Part shown: positions 1 through 10,118 of the stretch, piece after piece
How positions within the stretch are numbered: the stretch's first letter is position 1
Layout: each line of letters starts with the position of its first letter
Origin: Nanobdellota archaeon
GTDB taxonomy: Archaea; Nanobdellota; Nanobdellia; Pacearchaeales; GW2011-AR1
Reading direction: 5' to 3'
Length of the DNA: 64,000 nucleotides
NCBI GenBank assembly: GCA_038045705.1
Contig: JBBSXO010000002.1
Location: forward strand, 1-64,000
Program-made: the position numbers and the translations under genes
Notes under the pieces: model-generated
Told to the model about the DNA's origin: nothing
The model's input: only the letters and a program-made list of their open reading frames with translations
The model's database searches: none

Positions 1-63
1 GTTATTTGATATTTGTGTAAGGAGGCGAGTTTAGTGCGTATTTCCACTAATCACCAAATATTA

Positions 64-173
64 TTGTAATATCAACAATTAGAGGTGTTCGTTTCACATA
101 AAGTTCGAAATCCAAAAATGATTTTTCGCTATAAAATAATCTTAAAACCACACCTCTAAATTGAATATTACAA
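64..173. repeat. Imperfect inverted repeat, ~24-25 bp arms
   Basis: TTGTAATATCAACAATTAGAGGTGT (64-88) vs reverse complement of 150-173, TTGTAATATTCAATTTAGAGGTGT. Confidence 0.7.
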
Positions 174-311
174 ATTAACCAAGTCAAACTTCTATTTAAA
201 CCTATGCTTTTCCACCTTGTAGTCTAAGAATATCCTCAAGTCCATCAAAATAATCTCTAACTTCTTCAGGTATTTGAGGCATATCCTGGAATTGTGTGAC
301 ATACAATATAT

Positions 312-1082
312 CTAATTAGGAGTTTTCCTATTAAACAACCATATTGCTGTTGGTATTGAAACAATTAGTATTCCAATGCACCAGATAAATGCCAAAACTC
401 CAGCATCACCTATTGGAGTTCCAACCATCCAAGCACGCATAGCCTCAATTACTTTTGTAAAAGGTTGGTTTTCTGCAAACCATCTAACAACTCCAGGCAT
501 TCCTTCAGTAGGAACAAAAGCACTGCTTGCAAAAGTAAGAGGCATGATTATTACAAATGTCATCCATTGAATAGCCTCAAAGCTCTTAGCCAATAATCCA
601 AGAATAGCAGATAACCATGAAATAGCAAATGTGAATAATAACAATAATCCTATTATCATCATCCATTCGTTAAATCCCGCTGTAGGTCTAAATCCAACGA
701 GAAATGCAACTAAAACCATTATTACACCAGATATAACATTTCTAACAAGATCAGCTATAGTATGTGCAACTAATAATCCTGGAGAAAACATTGGTAGAGA
801 TCTGAATCTGTCAATAACTCCTCTTTTCATATCAAGCACTAAATTAATTGCAGTCGTACTTGCTCCAAATGCAAGAGTTTGTACTAAAATTCCAGCTACT
901 AAGAAATTAACATAAGTTGTTCCACCAGTGTCAATTGCTCCACCAAAAACATATCTAAACAATAACAAGAACATAATTGGCATTATTGCAACACCAAGTA
1001 GCTGATCCATATTTTTTACAATGTGTTTCAGACTACGATTAGTTAAAATCCAGCAGTCAAGTAAAATATCTTTTAGTTTCAT
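312..1082 (-). CDS. ABC-2 type transporter permease (DrrB-like)
   Basis: About six hydrophobic segments, GVIDRFRSLP and FASSAFVP motifs; overlaps the stop of the ATPase gene. Confidence 0.9.
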   Translation of the reverse strand: MKLKDILLDCWILTNRSLKHIVKNMDQLLGVAIMPIMFLLLFRYVFGGAIDTGGTTYVNFLVAGILVQTLAFGASTTAINLVLDMKRGVIDRFRSLPMFSPGLLVAHTIADLVRNVISGVIMVLVAFLVGFRPTAGFNEWMMIIGLLLLFTFAISWLSAILGLLAKSFEAIQWMTFVIIMPLTFASSAFVPTEGMPGVVRWFAENQPFTKVIEAMRAWMVGTPIGDAGVLAFIWCIGILIVSIPTAIWLFNRKTPN

Positions 1083-2050
1083 TTTTTAATCTCCTGATCA
1101 TGTTCATCTTTAGAAGCAGTATGTCCTGTTAAAGATAGAAATACATCGTCTAGAGTTGGTTTGTGTAAAGACAGACTATCCACTTTAATGTCAGACTTTT
1201 CAAGCTGTTGTAAAACTTCTTTGAGTTTTTCAGTTCCACCTTTAGATGCAACACTAATAATTCTTTTCTTCTTGTCTGTTTGCATTTGTTCACCCTCTAT
1301 CACACTAACAGCTTTTTCAAAATCACTTTCTTTAGAGATTATTATCTCAAGCCTTTCAGAACCGACTTTTGATTTTAATTCATCAGCAGTTCCTTCTGCT
1401 ATAACACGACCATGATCAATAACAACAATTCTGTCTGCAAGCTGATCAGCTTCATCCATATATTGAGTAGTCAATAATACTGTTGTTCCATCTGCAGCTA
1501 ATTTCTTAATTATATCCCATAGTGCTAGTCTACTTCTAGGATCAAGCCCTGTTGTTGGTTCATCTAAAAAAATTATTGGAGGAGAAGCAATTAAACTCAT
1601 AGCAAGATCAAGTCTTCTTCTCATACCTCCAGAATAAGTTTTAACAGCACGCTTTCCAGCATCTACCAAGTCAAATTGTTTTAGTAATTCTTTTGCTCTT
1701 TTTCGTGCTTCTTTTTTACTCAATCTATAAAGGCGACCCATCATCTCTAAATTTTCTTCACCAGTCAAGTATTCATCAACAGCAGCAAATTGTCCAGTAA
1801 GACCTATACTTTTTCTTACCTCATTAGGATATTTTACAATATTATAATTATTTACTATAACCTCTCCGCTATCAGGTTTAAGCAAAGTACTAAGAATTCT
1901 AACAGTCGTTGTTTTACCTGCTCCGTTAGGTCCAAGTAAAGCAAGAATACTACCTCTTTCAACATTTAAATGTAAACCCTTCAAAACGTGAAGATTCTTA
2001 AATGACTTTTTCAAATCTTTAACAACAATCACATAGTCATCTTTTTTCAT
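1079..2050 (-). CDS. ABC transporter ATP-binding protein (DrrA-like)
   Basis: Walker A GPNGAGKTT, signature YSGGMRRR, Walker B IIFLDEPTTGLDP. Confidence 0.95.
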   Translation of the reverse strand: MKKDDYVIVVKDLKKSFKNLHVLKGLHLNVERGSILALLGPNGAGKTTTVRILSTLLKPDSGEVIVNNYNIVKYPNEVRKSIGLTGQFAAVDEYLTGEENLEMMGRLYRLSKKEARKRAKELLKQFDLVDAGKRAVKTYSGGMRRRLDLAMSLIASPPIIFLDEPTTGLDPRSRLALWDIIKKLAADGTTVLLTTQYMDEADQLADRIVVIDHGRVIAEGTADELKSKVGSERLEIIISKESDFEKAVSVIEGEQMQTDKKKRIISVASKGGTEKLKEVLQQLEKSDIKVDSLSLHKPTLDDVFLSLTGHTASKDEHDQEIKK

Positions 2051-2127
2051 AATCTAAGAAAATTAACTAGATATTTAAATATAGTTTTCAGTTTATTTTT
2101 TAGCTCTACGTATGCTAATGGTTTAGC

Positions 2128-2637
2128 CTACGATGCATTTAATTTATCTCTTAAAGTTCTTCTAGCACGAAATAAATTTTTTCTAAATTTTGGATCATTT
2201 TTCCTTCCTGTATTTTGGATGTAAGAAGAAAATGCTTTTAACTGACAATCTGGTAAACACTCTACTTCTCGAGCGATAATTTCCTCAAGTTCTTTAGAAA
2301 GTAATTCATCAAAGGGAGTTATAGATCTTAAAGCAATTTTTCTTCCTACAAATTCTTCTTCAGTCGGTTTATACCCAGAATCTGTCCAACGATCTCTACA
2401 AAGATTACCAAAAGAAGTATAAATAAAAGAAGGCATAGTCTCTCGCCGAATAACCTTTCCACTAAATAGATATCTATGCAATTTAATATATAAATCTTGT
2501 ACAAAATCTTCAGATCTAGGAGAATCAAAACCAAACTTTCTTTTCCCATACCTTAGTAGTTTTGGCATTAACCCATTAACTGCAACAGCCAATTCTTCAT
2601 AACTTACTTGATCGGAATCTTTTTCAACAAAGTCCAT
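2128..2637 (-). CDS. ECF sigma-70-like protein (region 2 plus shortened region 4)
   Basis: SEDFVQDLYIKL...SFIYTSFGNLCRDRW resembles sigma region 2; LPDCQLKAF...LFRARRTLRDKL resembles region 4. Confidence 0.7.
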   Translation of the reverse strand: MDFVEKDSDQVSYEELAVAVNGLMPKLLRYGKRKFGFDSPRSEDFVQDLYIKLHRYLFSGKVIRRETMPSFIYTSFGNLCRDRWTDSGYKPTEEEFVGRKIALRSITPFDELLSKELEEIIAREVECLPDCQLKAFSSYIQNTGRKNDPKFRKNLFRARRTLRDKLNAS

Positions 2638-2706
2638 GAGTATAATATAAAATTTATTGAGATATATAGATATTTATATTTTTAAAAGTTCTGAGAAATA
2701 ATGTCA

Positions 2707-3258
2707 TTAAATTTCAATTTCCAAGACACCAACTCTAGAAAGTCTTTCTTTAAGTTTATCTCTAGCTCTATTAATTTTTGCCCTTTTAGCACCTGATTTA
2801 TATGCCTCTTTTAATTCACCTAATTGACTTAAAATTACTCTTTGATAATTTTTAGACAATTTAGATATCTCTTGCATTACAATTTTAGAATTTTCATCTT
2901 CAACTAATTGACTAATAGGTTCCACAGCATTTGTGTCAATCAAGTCATCATCAAGACATTCAAATTTGAGTCTTTTTCTAGAATTTCTTCTACGTAATTC
3001 ATCGATACAATTTCTATCAAATGCTCTTGCAATATAACCTTTTAGACCACTTCCAAATTCAACAAAATTTTCTGTCATTAAATTACGATAAACTTCAAGA
3101 GCAGTATCTGCCTTTAAATCTTCAGCAATGTCCCAAGGTAGCCCGTAAGATTTAGCTCTTCTAATAAGTTTTTCTTCAAGTTCATCAAATATTGATGGAA
3201 GTCTTTCTATCAGTCCAGCATTTATTTCAACATAGCCTATTTTAGTCATAGTGTCCAT
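2707..3258 (-). CDS. ECF sigma-70-like protein (region 2 plus shortened region 4)
   Basis: AEDLKADTALEVY...LKGYIARAFDRNCIDELRRR; LSKNYQRVI...AKINRARDKLKERL. Confidence 0.7.
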   Translation of the reverse strand: MDTMTKIGYVEINAGLIERLPSIFDELEEKLIRRAKSYGLPWDIAEDLKADTALEVYRNLMTENFVEFGSGLKGYIARAFDRNCIDELRRRNSRKRLKFECLDDDLIDTNAVEPISQLVEDENSKIVMQEISKLSKNYQRVILSQLGELKEAYKSGAKRAKINRARDKLKERLSRVGVLEIEI

Positions 3259-3480
3259 CTAAAATTAGACTATTTAAACGTGTGTATTTATTACTACTTT
3301 CTAGAGGTAATATTTATTTATTATCTGTTTTCTTGCTATTTTAAATCCCTTAACAATTCCAACTGTCAAAAGAGAATAAACAATAAATCTAAGAGATTGT
3401 TGTGGAATTAAAGAAACAGCATTTTCTAAAAAAATACTAATTTGATTTTTCATTTTATCCAGAACATTTAGGTTGTAAAA

Positions 3481-4758
3481 TTACTTCTTAGCTGTAATCT
3501 CTAAGCAAACGCCAGCTGCAACGGTGCTACCAGCATCTCTTACCGCAAATCGAGCCATATTTGGATTTGTAGCCTGTGTTTCAAGTACAAGGTTTCCAAT
3601 AGGTCTTATTCTAACTTTAGCAATATCTCCATTCTTCAAGAAGTCAGGGTTTGAAGCCTTTGTCCCATCAGGAGATTGTTTTTCAATCAATTCAATAAAC
3701 TGACATGGCACTTGAGCAGTATGTACATGGAAAACTGGTGTATATCCTTTAGCAATAACTGTTGGGTGTGAAATTATAGCAACTTGAGCAACAAACTCTT
3801 GTACAATTGATGCAGGTTGAGATGCGTCACAAACAACATCGCCACGAGCAATATCTTTCTTTCCAATACCTCTGATATTGATTCCAACATTATCTCCAGC
3901 TTCAGCTTGATTCATTTGTTCATGATGCATTTCAATAGTCTTAACTTCACCATTAATTCCTGTTCCTGACCTTCCAGGTAAAATAACAACCTTTTGACCG
4001 AGTTTCATAATTCCTGTTTCAATCTTTCCAACTGGAACAGTTCCAATACCAGTAATTTCATAAACATCTTGTAAAGGCATTCTTAATGGTAATGATGTTG
4101 GTTTGTTAGGTTGTTCAAATAAGTCTAACTGTTCTCTAACAGTTGGTCCCTTATACCATGGCATGTGTTCTGACTTCTTAACAACATTATCCCCAAGATA
4201 ACCAGCAGCAGGAATAAAAGCCATTGTTTCAGTCTTATAACCAGCTTGTTTTAATATAACTGAAACATCAGCAACAACTTTTTTATAAGCATCTTCTTTC
4301 CATTGAACAGTATCCATTTTATTAACAAGAACAGCAATCTGCTTAACACCCATTGTTCTTAAAAGCCAAGCGTGTTCTTTTGTTTGAGGTTGAACTCCTT
4401 CAGCTGCTGCAACTGTTAAGAAAGCAGCATCAGATTGTGAAGCACCAGTAATCATGTTCTTGATAAAGTCTTTGTGACCAGGAGCATCAATTATTGTAAC
4501 TTCATACTTATTTGTAATCAACTTTTGATAAGAAAGATCAATTGTAACTCCTCTTTCTCTTTCTTCCTTAAATTTATCCATAACATAAGCAAACTCAAAA
4601 CCAGCTTTACCATGTTCCTTTGCAATTGTCTTAAGCTTGTCTATTTCTTGCGCAGGGATAGCTCCAGCATCGAACATCAATCTACCAATAGTAGTACTCT
4701 TACCGTGGTCTACATGACCCACGAAAGCAACGTTTATTGTTGGTTTTGTTTTTGCCAT
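3481..4758 (-). CDS. tuf: Translation elongation factor EF-1 alpha
   Basis: GHVDHGKST, ERERGVTID, DAPGHKDF, NKMD; archaeal type. Confidence 0.98.
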   Translation of the reverse strand: MAKTKPTINVAFVGHVDHGKSTTIGRLMFDAGAIPAQEIDKLKTIAKEHGKAGFEFAYVMDKFKEERERGVTIDLSYQKLITNKYEVTIIDAPGHKDFIKNMITGASQSDAAFLTVAAAEGVQPQTKEHAWLLRTMGVKQIAVLVNKMDTVQWKEDAYKKVVADVSVILKQAGYKTETMAFIPAAGYLGDNVVKKSEHMPWYKGPTVREQLDLFEQPNKPTSLPLRMPLQDVYEITGIGTVPVGKIETGIMKLGQKVVILPGRSGTGINGEVKTIEMHHEQMNQAEAGDNVGINIRGIGKKDIARGDVVCDASQPASIVQEFVAQVAIISHPTVIAKGYTPVFHVHTAQVPCQFIELIEKQSPDGTKASNPDFLKNGDIAKVRIRPIGNLVLETQATNPNMARFAVRDAGSTVAAGVCLEITAKK

Positions 4759-4922
4759 TTTAATTTGTAATCAGTTTTATTTTTGTGGGTATTTAAACTT
4801 TGTGATTTTTGAAGATTATATTCGTTTAATAAATTAAAATTCAGACAATAAAAATAAAAATAATCAAGAAATATTGATAAGTCTAAGAAATATATTTAAA
4901 CTCTAAATCTCAAATAAAAAAT

Positions 4923-5102
4923 ATGGAAAAAGAGCAAGAGTTGATTGTTGAGCAGGGAGAATACAATTTAATTGCAAACACAGATAAAGATTTTAAAATA
5001 ACTCATTTAGTTCTAAAGGCAGCAAATGGATCAAAGAGAGTTTGGAAAGTAGAAGAACTATCTGAAAAAGAAGTTTCATTTAAAATAGAAAAGTTTGCAT
5101 AA
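4923..5102 (+). CDS. Small hypothetical protein (59 aa, MEKEQELIVEQGEYNL...), below the ORF-track cutoff
   Basis: Open frame from ATG 4923 to TAA 5102 with TATTTAAA ~25 bp upstream. Confidence 0.55.
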   Translation: MEKEQELIVEQGEYNLIANTDKDFKITHLVLKAANGSKRVWKVEELSEKEVSFKIEKFA

Positions 5103-5122
5103 TACACTCGATGAACATCAGT

Positions 5123-5329
5123 TCAGCAATATTTACTAAAACTATGTTGTATATGTTTAACAGTTTCTACTTTTTCAGTAATTTTCTTAAAATTTTTATT
5201 ATTTATCTTTGAGACTTCTTCTTTCAAAAAGTTCTCAACCCTCTTGCTCATGCTTATTCCATTTTTTTTACAATATGCAGAAAACTGTTTATACACTTCT
5301 TCCTCAATATTGAATGTTTTTATGCTCAT
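5123..5329 (-). CDS. Ribbon-helix-helix DNA-binding protein
   Basis: KTFNIEEEVYKQFSAYCKKNGISMSKRVENFL fits the RHH strand-helix-G-helix pattern. Confidence 0.7.
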   Translation of the reverse strand: MSIKTFNIEEEVYKQFSAYCKKNGISMSKRVENFLKEEVSKINNKNFKKITEKVETVKHIQHSFSKYC

Positions 5330-5330
5330 G

Positions 5331-5406
5331 TTCAAAACTCTCTTGTCCTGTATGCGTAGGCATACCAGTTTAGTTTTGAACTGCTAAAAATTTCAATTTT
5401 TTCCAT
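5331..5406 (-). promoter_or_regulatory. Conserved leader copy 1: 24-aa uORF plus 50-nt inverted repeat
   Basis: uORF MEKIEIFSSSKLNWYAYAYRTREF (5406-5332); TTCAAAACT..GTATGC-N4-GCATAC..AGTTTTGAA; near-identical to 10945-11020. Confidence 0.75.
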
Positions 5407-5513
5407 TCTCATCACTTATTATATAATGTTAATTAAGATTAATAAACCTTAGCATAAAAATTAAACAGAACTTTAACAAATACAAATATCTAATTAAAGT
5501 TATATAATATTAA

Positions 5514-5864
5514 TTAAGTATAACCTGGATGCAATGTAGCTCTTTGAGGAACAATTGTTTCAATTCTTCTTTTAACCCAGTCATATCCTGCGTTTCTCCA
5601 ATCATTACACTTTACCATTGCTCTATAACCTATAGCTCTTCCAAACTTATCCATAGAGTGCACTGAAATCGCTAAAGCATTACCTACTGCACCAAGAACT
5701 TTAACGTATGGTCTCTTGTAGAAAGGTATACTGCTTATTATAGGGGCTCCATCTTCAATATCTTCAACAAAATCCTCTTCAACAACCCTATCTAATGCGC
5801 TCTGTATTTCTTCTCTTAAATTTGGTTTAAGAGTCATATATCCAGGAGTCTCTTTTCTATTCAT
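5514..5864 (-). CDS. Hypothetical protein
   Basis: 116-aa ORF with ATG start and upstream TATA-like element; no recognised motif. Confidence 0.6.
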   Translation of the reverse strand: MNRKETPGYMTLKPNLREEIQSALDRVVEEDFVEDIEDGAPIISSIPFYKRPYVKVLGAVGNALAISVHSMDKFGRAIGYRAMVKCNDWRNAGYDWVKRRIETIVPQRATLHPGYT

Positions 5865-5898
5865 GGGTCAAAGTCAAACCAAAAGCAAATTAATAAAT

Positions 5899-6195
5899 CT
5901 ATCTTTGATTTTTAAGATAATTTATTGCTCTGCCTGATTTTTCTTCAGGCATTTTCAACAAAACCCTTCTACCATAACCACCACAAAAGACTGAAACTTC
6001 TAGAGCCCTTAAGAATGGATTATATTCATGAACTCTCATACCATTACCTTGAGCTCTATGAGTGAATTCTCTCCCTAACATAATTCCAGCTAAATCAGGT
6101 GTATCTTTTAGTCTTAGGATGAAAGGCAATATTCTAGGATCAAAAGATGCTGGACCACTAGAATATAGCTTTGCAATATCATTAGAAAAATCCAT
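5899..6195 (-). CDS. Hypothetical protein
   Basis: 98-aa ORF directly downstream of EF-2. Confidence 0.6.
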   Translation of the reverse strand: MDFSNDIAKLYSSGPASFDPRILPFILRLKDTPDLAGIMLGREFTHRAQGNGMRVHEYNPFLRALEVSVFCGGYGRRVLLKMPEEKSGRAINYLKNQR

Positions 6196-6207
6196 ATTAA
6201 ATTAAAA

Positions 6208-8397
6208 TTATTGATTAGCTGCTAACCCCTTTCTATCTCTAATTTTTCTAACCACATTTTCCTGTAATTCGCGAGGTAATTGTTTGAAGTCTTGAGTAAT
6301 CAAACTAGAAACTCCACGACCTTCAGTGAGACTTCTCAAATCACTTGCCCATCCAATCATTTCAGCTACTGGAATTCTTGCTTTGATAAATACATCAATT
6401 CCTTTCTGTTCTACATCAATTAAAATTCCACGTTTACTTGCAACCAAACCAGTAACAGAACCCATATAATCAACAGGTGCTTCAATTAAGTGTGTTTGAA
6501 TAGGTTCAAGCATTGCAGCTCCGCCTTTAGTCATTGCATCAAACATTCCTAGTCTTATGGCTGGATAAATCTGCGCAGGACCTCTATGCATATGGTCAAC
6601 GTGCAATTTAGAATCATGTAAAATGAATTTTGTCTTCATCAATGGTTCTTTAGACAAAGGTCCATTATCTATAACAAGTCTCCACCCATCAATTATTGAT
6701 TCAATTACTTCTGAAAGTAATACAAGACCTCTCGTCTGATCTTCAAAGACATTTCCCTTGTAAATGTCTCTATAAGCCCTAGCTTCATCGTTTGATATCC
6801 CTAAATCAGATAATTTTTTCCAAATGTCTTCAGGTTTTTTCTTAAGCCTTCCTTCAGGAATATCTCCTTTTTCAATAGAATCATAAACATTATCTTCAAG
6901 AGGCATCATTTCAAGGAAGAATATGTTGTGCCCATTAGGAGTTCTACTTTCAATTTCTCCACTTGATTTAATCAAAGTCTCTCTATAAACAATAATTGGA
7001 TTACCCATTTTAACTTCAAGACCTTTCTCCGTCTTTATACGACCTTCAATAATCTCTAAATGTAACTCACCCATTCCAGAAAGTAAGTTTTCTCCAGTTT
7101 CTTCATTAATCTCAATTTTAACTGAAGGATCTTCTTTTCCAACTTTACGCAAAACTTCAATCAATTTAGGCAAATCTTGTGGTTTAGTAACTTCAATAGA
7201 TTTAGTAATAACTGGCTGGAATATATGTTTCAACTCTTCAAATGGAATTTGCTCTCCAACAGTAATTGTCTCTCCAACATCAACATTAATTCCAGAAATA
7301 GCAAGTACATTTCCAGCAGGAACTTCTTCAAGTTGTTCTGGTTTAATTCCATTATAAACTAAAACTTGTTGAACTCTTGCTTTCTTTTTATTGTTATTAC
7401 AATAAACTTCCATTCCAGTCTTCATTGTTCCAGAATACAAACGACCAGCACAAATTTCCTTCCCAGATCTAGGATCAATAACAATTCTAGTAACTACAAA
7501 AGCAAGCTCACCATCTCTATTACAACCAATTAAATCTTGACCCATCTTACTATCAATATCTCCTCTCCATATTTTAGGGATTCTATATTTCTGCGCTTCC
7601 AAAGGATTAGGCAAGTGCTTAACAGCCATATCAAGAACTACTTCATGTAATGGAGCATTCTTCCAAACCCACTCTTTTCTAGCAGTTTCTTCCATATCAT
7701 AAATTTTGATTATATCACTAAAACTAATATTTCTCTTCTTCATAAAAGGAACAGACAAAGCCCAATTTTCTCTAGCAGAACCAAAAGCAACACTTCCATC
7801 TGCTACACTAACTCTCCATTTTTCAGCCAATTCTGGTTCAGCAATTTGTAAAATCAAAGTATTAAAATCCGCAATAACTTTAGCAAATTTTTCCTGCATT
7901 TGTTGAGGAGTGACTTTTAATTCTTTAATCAATCTATCAACTTTGTTAATAAACAAAACAGGTTTAACTCTTTCACGTAAAGCTTGTTTCAACACAGTTT
8001 CTGTTTGAGGCATTATTCCTTCAACAGCACAAATAAGTACAAAAGTCCCATCAATAGCTCTCATAGCTCTAGTTACGTTTCCACCAAAGTCAATGTGACC
8101 AGGGGTGTCAATTAAATTAATCAAATATTCTTTTCCATCATATTCGTGACCCATGCTAACATTTGCAGCGTCTACAGTCATCAATCTTTCTTGTTCGTCT
8201 TTATGAAGCCATGTACTCATTCCCTCTTCAAGATCTCCAGCATTCTTAGAAGCCATCATTCCAGCAGCAGCTAGTAAGTTATCTGTGAAAGCGGTTTTTC
8301 CGTGATGTATGTGAGCAGATGTAGCAACATTACGAATATTCGCTTGGTTACTTGTCAAACGTTCAATCTTCAGTAAACTTGTTTCTTTCTCTGCCAT
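6208..8397 (-). CDS. fusA: Translation elongation factor EF-2
   Basis: AHIHHGKT, DTPGHIDF, NKVD, GMGELHLE, diphthamide-loop HRGPAQ. Confidence 0.97.
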   Translation of the reverse strand: MAEKETSLLKIERLTSNQANIRNVATSAHIHHGKTAFTDNLLAAAGMMASKNAGDLEEGMSTWLHKDEQERLMTVDAANVSMGHEYDGKEYLINLIDTPGHIDFGGNVTRAMRAIDGTFVLICAVEGIMPQTETVLKQALRERVKPVLFINKVDRLIKELKVTPQQMQEKFAKVIADFNTLILQIAEPELAEKWRVSVADGSVAFGSARENWALSVPFMKKRNISFSDIIKIYDMEETARKEWVWKNAPLHEVVLDMAVKHLPNPLEAQKYRIPKIWRGDIDSKMGQDLIGCNRDGELAFVVTRIVIDPRSGKEICAGRLYSGTMKTGMEVYCNNNKKKARVQQVLVYNGIKPEQLEEVPAGNVLAISGINVDVGETITVGEQIPFEELKHIFQPVITKSIEVTKPQDLPKLIEVLRKVGKEDPSVKIEINEETGENLLSGMGELHLEIIEGRIKTEKGLEVKMGNPIIVYRETLIKSSGEIESRTPNGHNIFFLEMMPLEDNVYDSIEKGDIPEGRLKKKPEDIWKKLSDLGISNDEARAYRDIYKGNVFEDQTRGLVLLSEVIESIIDGWRLVIDNGPLSKEPLMKTKFILHDSKLHVDHMHRGPAQIYPAIRLGMFDAMTKGGAAMLEPIQTHLIEAPVDYMGSVTGLVASKRGILIDVEQKGIDVFIKARIPVAEMIGWASDLRSLTEGRGVSSLITQDFKQLPRELQENVVRKIRDRKGLAANQ

Positions 8398-8533
8398 TTT
8401 ACAAAATAGATAAATCGTCTTATTAAATATGGTTTTTAAACGTTGTGAAAAAGTGGGCTTTGTGTAAATAGTCTCTAGAGGAGTTCACTTTTTACATCAC
8501 TCACCTAATTCTTTGCCACAGGGAAATAAAAAA

Positions 8534-8872
8534 TTATCTCTTTTTCCACGCAGATGCTGAAAAAATTAAGTCTTTGTCAACACTCAAACCTTTTAACATA
8601 TTTCCACTACAAAATGCTTCAACAACTTTTCCTTCAAGTTGTGATGGCTGGCAAGTATTTGTTCTAGCAAAAAGTTCTTCTATATCTTTAGGATCTCCTA
8701 AAGACCATGACGCTTCACCATAACCTTTATACTTCAATTTAAACTGTAGTCTGCACCAATCATGTGAAAAATCAAAAGTTGGTTCTTCAATTCTTGCATA
8801 TTCCATTGTTAATTTTCTGACTTGTTCATCTGTCAATCCATTGCTATACCATTTATCAACTTGTATTGTCAT
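8534..8872 (-). CDS. Hypothetical protein
   Basis: 112-aa ORF with TTTATAAA upstream, between rps7 and fusA. Confidence 0.6.
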   Translation of the reverse strand: MTIQVDKWYSNGLTDEQVRKLTMEYARIEEPTFDFSHDWCRLQFKLKYKGYGEASWSLGDPKDIEELFARTNTCQPSQLEGKVVEAFCSGNMLKGLSVDKDLIFSASAWKKR

Positions 8873-9024
8873 AATTTATGGATAATAGACCCATTTATAA
8901 ACCTTTCTATATTTACTACTTTCAAGTTATACTACTTTCAGAAACTTACATATCATCCCAATAGGTATCTTTAAAGTTAAAATTAATCTTCGATATTTGA
9001 GTAGAAATCATTATTTTATGACAA

Positions 9025-9633
9025 TTATCGAGCAGAATCTGCTTGTTTTTCAGCTTCGTTTTTCTTGTTCATGGCATAACTTTCCATGTTTTGTTCTGAA
9101 GCGTTAATTATTTCTTGAGCAAGTGCTTCAGCCATTTTCTTCTTTTTTCCAAATGATTTTTGGAATGATCCTTGAATCATCCATCTAATAGCTAAGTTAA
9201 CTCTTCTTAAAGGAGATACATCAACTGCTTGAGGATATCTAGCCCCACCATATTCAATTGTTGTAATCTCATCACGAGGAGAAGCACTTTCAATAGCCTT
9301 TACAAGAATTTGAACAGGATTTGTTTTTTTCTTTTCAGCAATAATTGCTAATGCATTAATCATAGTCTGCATATTCATATTATATTTTCCAGAAGAGTGA
9401 GATGTAATTATTTTATGTTTTTTCCCAACGTGTCCTGGAACAGCTAATCTGTTCGCAAGTCTTTCTATAATATGAACCTTTGTTTGTGTAAATTTACCAA
9501 CATTTCTTCCATGAGATTTTACAAGTAATTTTGGTTGGATATTTATGTAAGGTGCTAATGCCGAATCAGTAACCTTTACTTCTTCCATGTCATATAAGTC
9601 AAATATTTTGAAGTTCATTGTGCTTACAGCCAT
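9025..9633 (-). CDS. rps7: 30S ribosomal protein S7 (uS7)
   Basis: NPVQILVKAIE, PRDEITTIEYGGARYPQAVDVSPLRR. Confidence 0.97.
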   Translation of the reverse strand: MAVSTMNFKIFDLYDMEEVKVTDSALAPYINIQPKLLVKSHGRNVGKFTQTKVHIIERLANRLAVPGHVGKKHKIITSHSSGKYNMNMQTMINALAIIAEKKKTNPVQILVKAIESASPRDEITTIEYGGARYPQAVDVSPLRRVNLAIRWMIQGSFQKSFGKKKKMAEALAQEIINASEQNMESYAMNKKNEAEKQADSAR

Positions 9634-10055
9634 TATCTTCTTCCCTTCTCTATCTTACCTTTCCACAATAAGTGAAGTGGCTGATCATTTACTTGAATAA
9701 CTCTAAATCTGATACCTCTAATGTTTCCCTTACTTCTTCCTTGTTTTCCACCGATTCTCTCAATCATAACTTCATCATGTTCATCAACAAATTTTTGAGC
9801 TAAGTTTCCAGGAATAAATGCTCCAACAGAAATACCACTTTTTACAAGCTGAACTTTGCAACACTTTCTCATACCAGAAGAAGGCTGTGCAGCTTCTTTT
9901 TGAAATTTGCTAACAACAATTCCCTTAGCTTGAGAAGCACCACCAAGTGGATCTGCTTTAACATTAAGCTTTAGAGTTCTAACCTTGTAAGTACGATCGT
10001 TCCATCTGAACTTTTTCCTATTCTTCATTAGCTTTTTAGCGTTGAATAAACCCAT
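9633..10055 (-). CDS. rps12: 30S ribosomal protein S12 (uS12)
   Basis: DPLGGASQAKGIV, QPSSGMRKC, DEHDEV. Confidence 0.96.
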   Translation of the reverse strand: MGLFNAKKLMKNRKKFRWNDRTYKVRTLKLNVKADPLGGASQAKGIVVSKFQKEAAQPSSGMRKCCKVQLVKSGISVGAFIPGNLAQKFVDEHDEVMIERIGGKQGRSKGNIRGIRFRVIQVNDQPLHLLWKGKIEKGRR

Positions 10056-10118
10056 GTATATCTCCTGTGTAAAATTGGTTTTTAAATCTTCCTCATAAGT
10101 GAATGTTAATTCAAAAAT

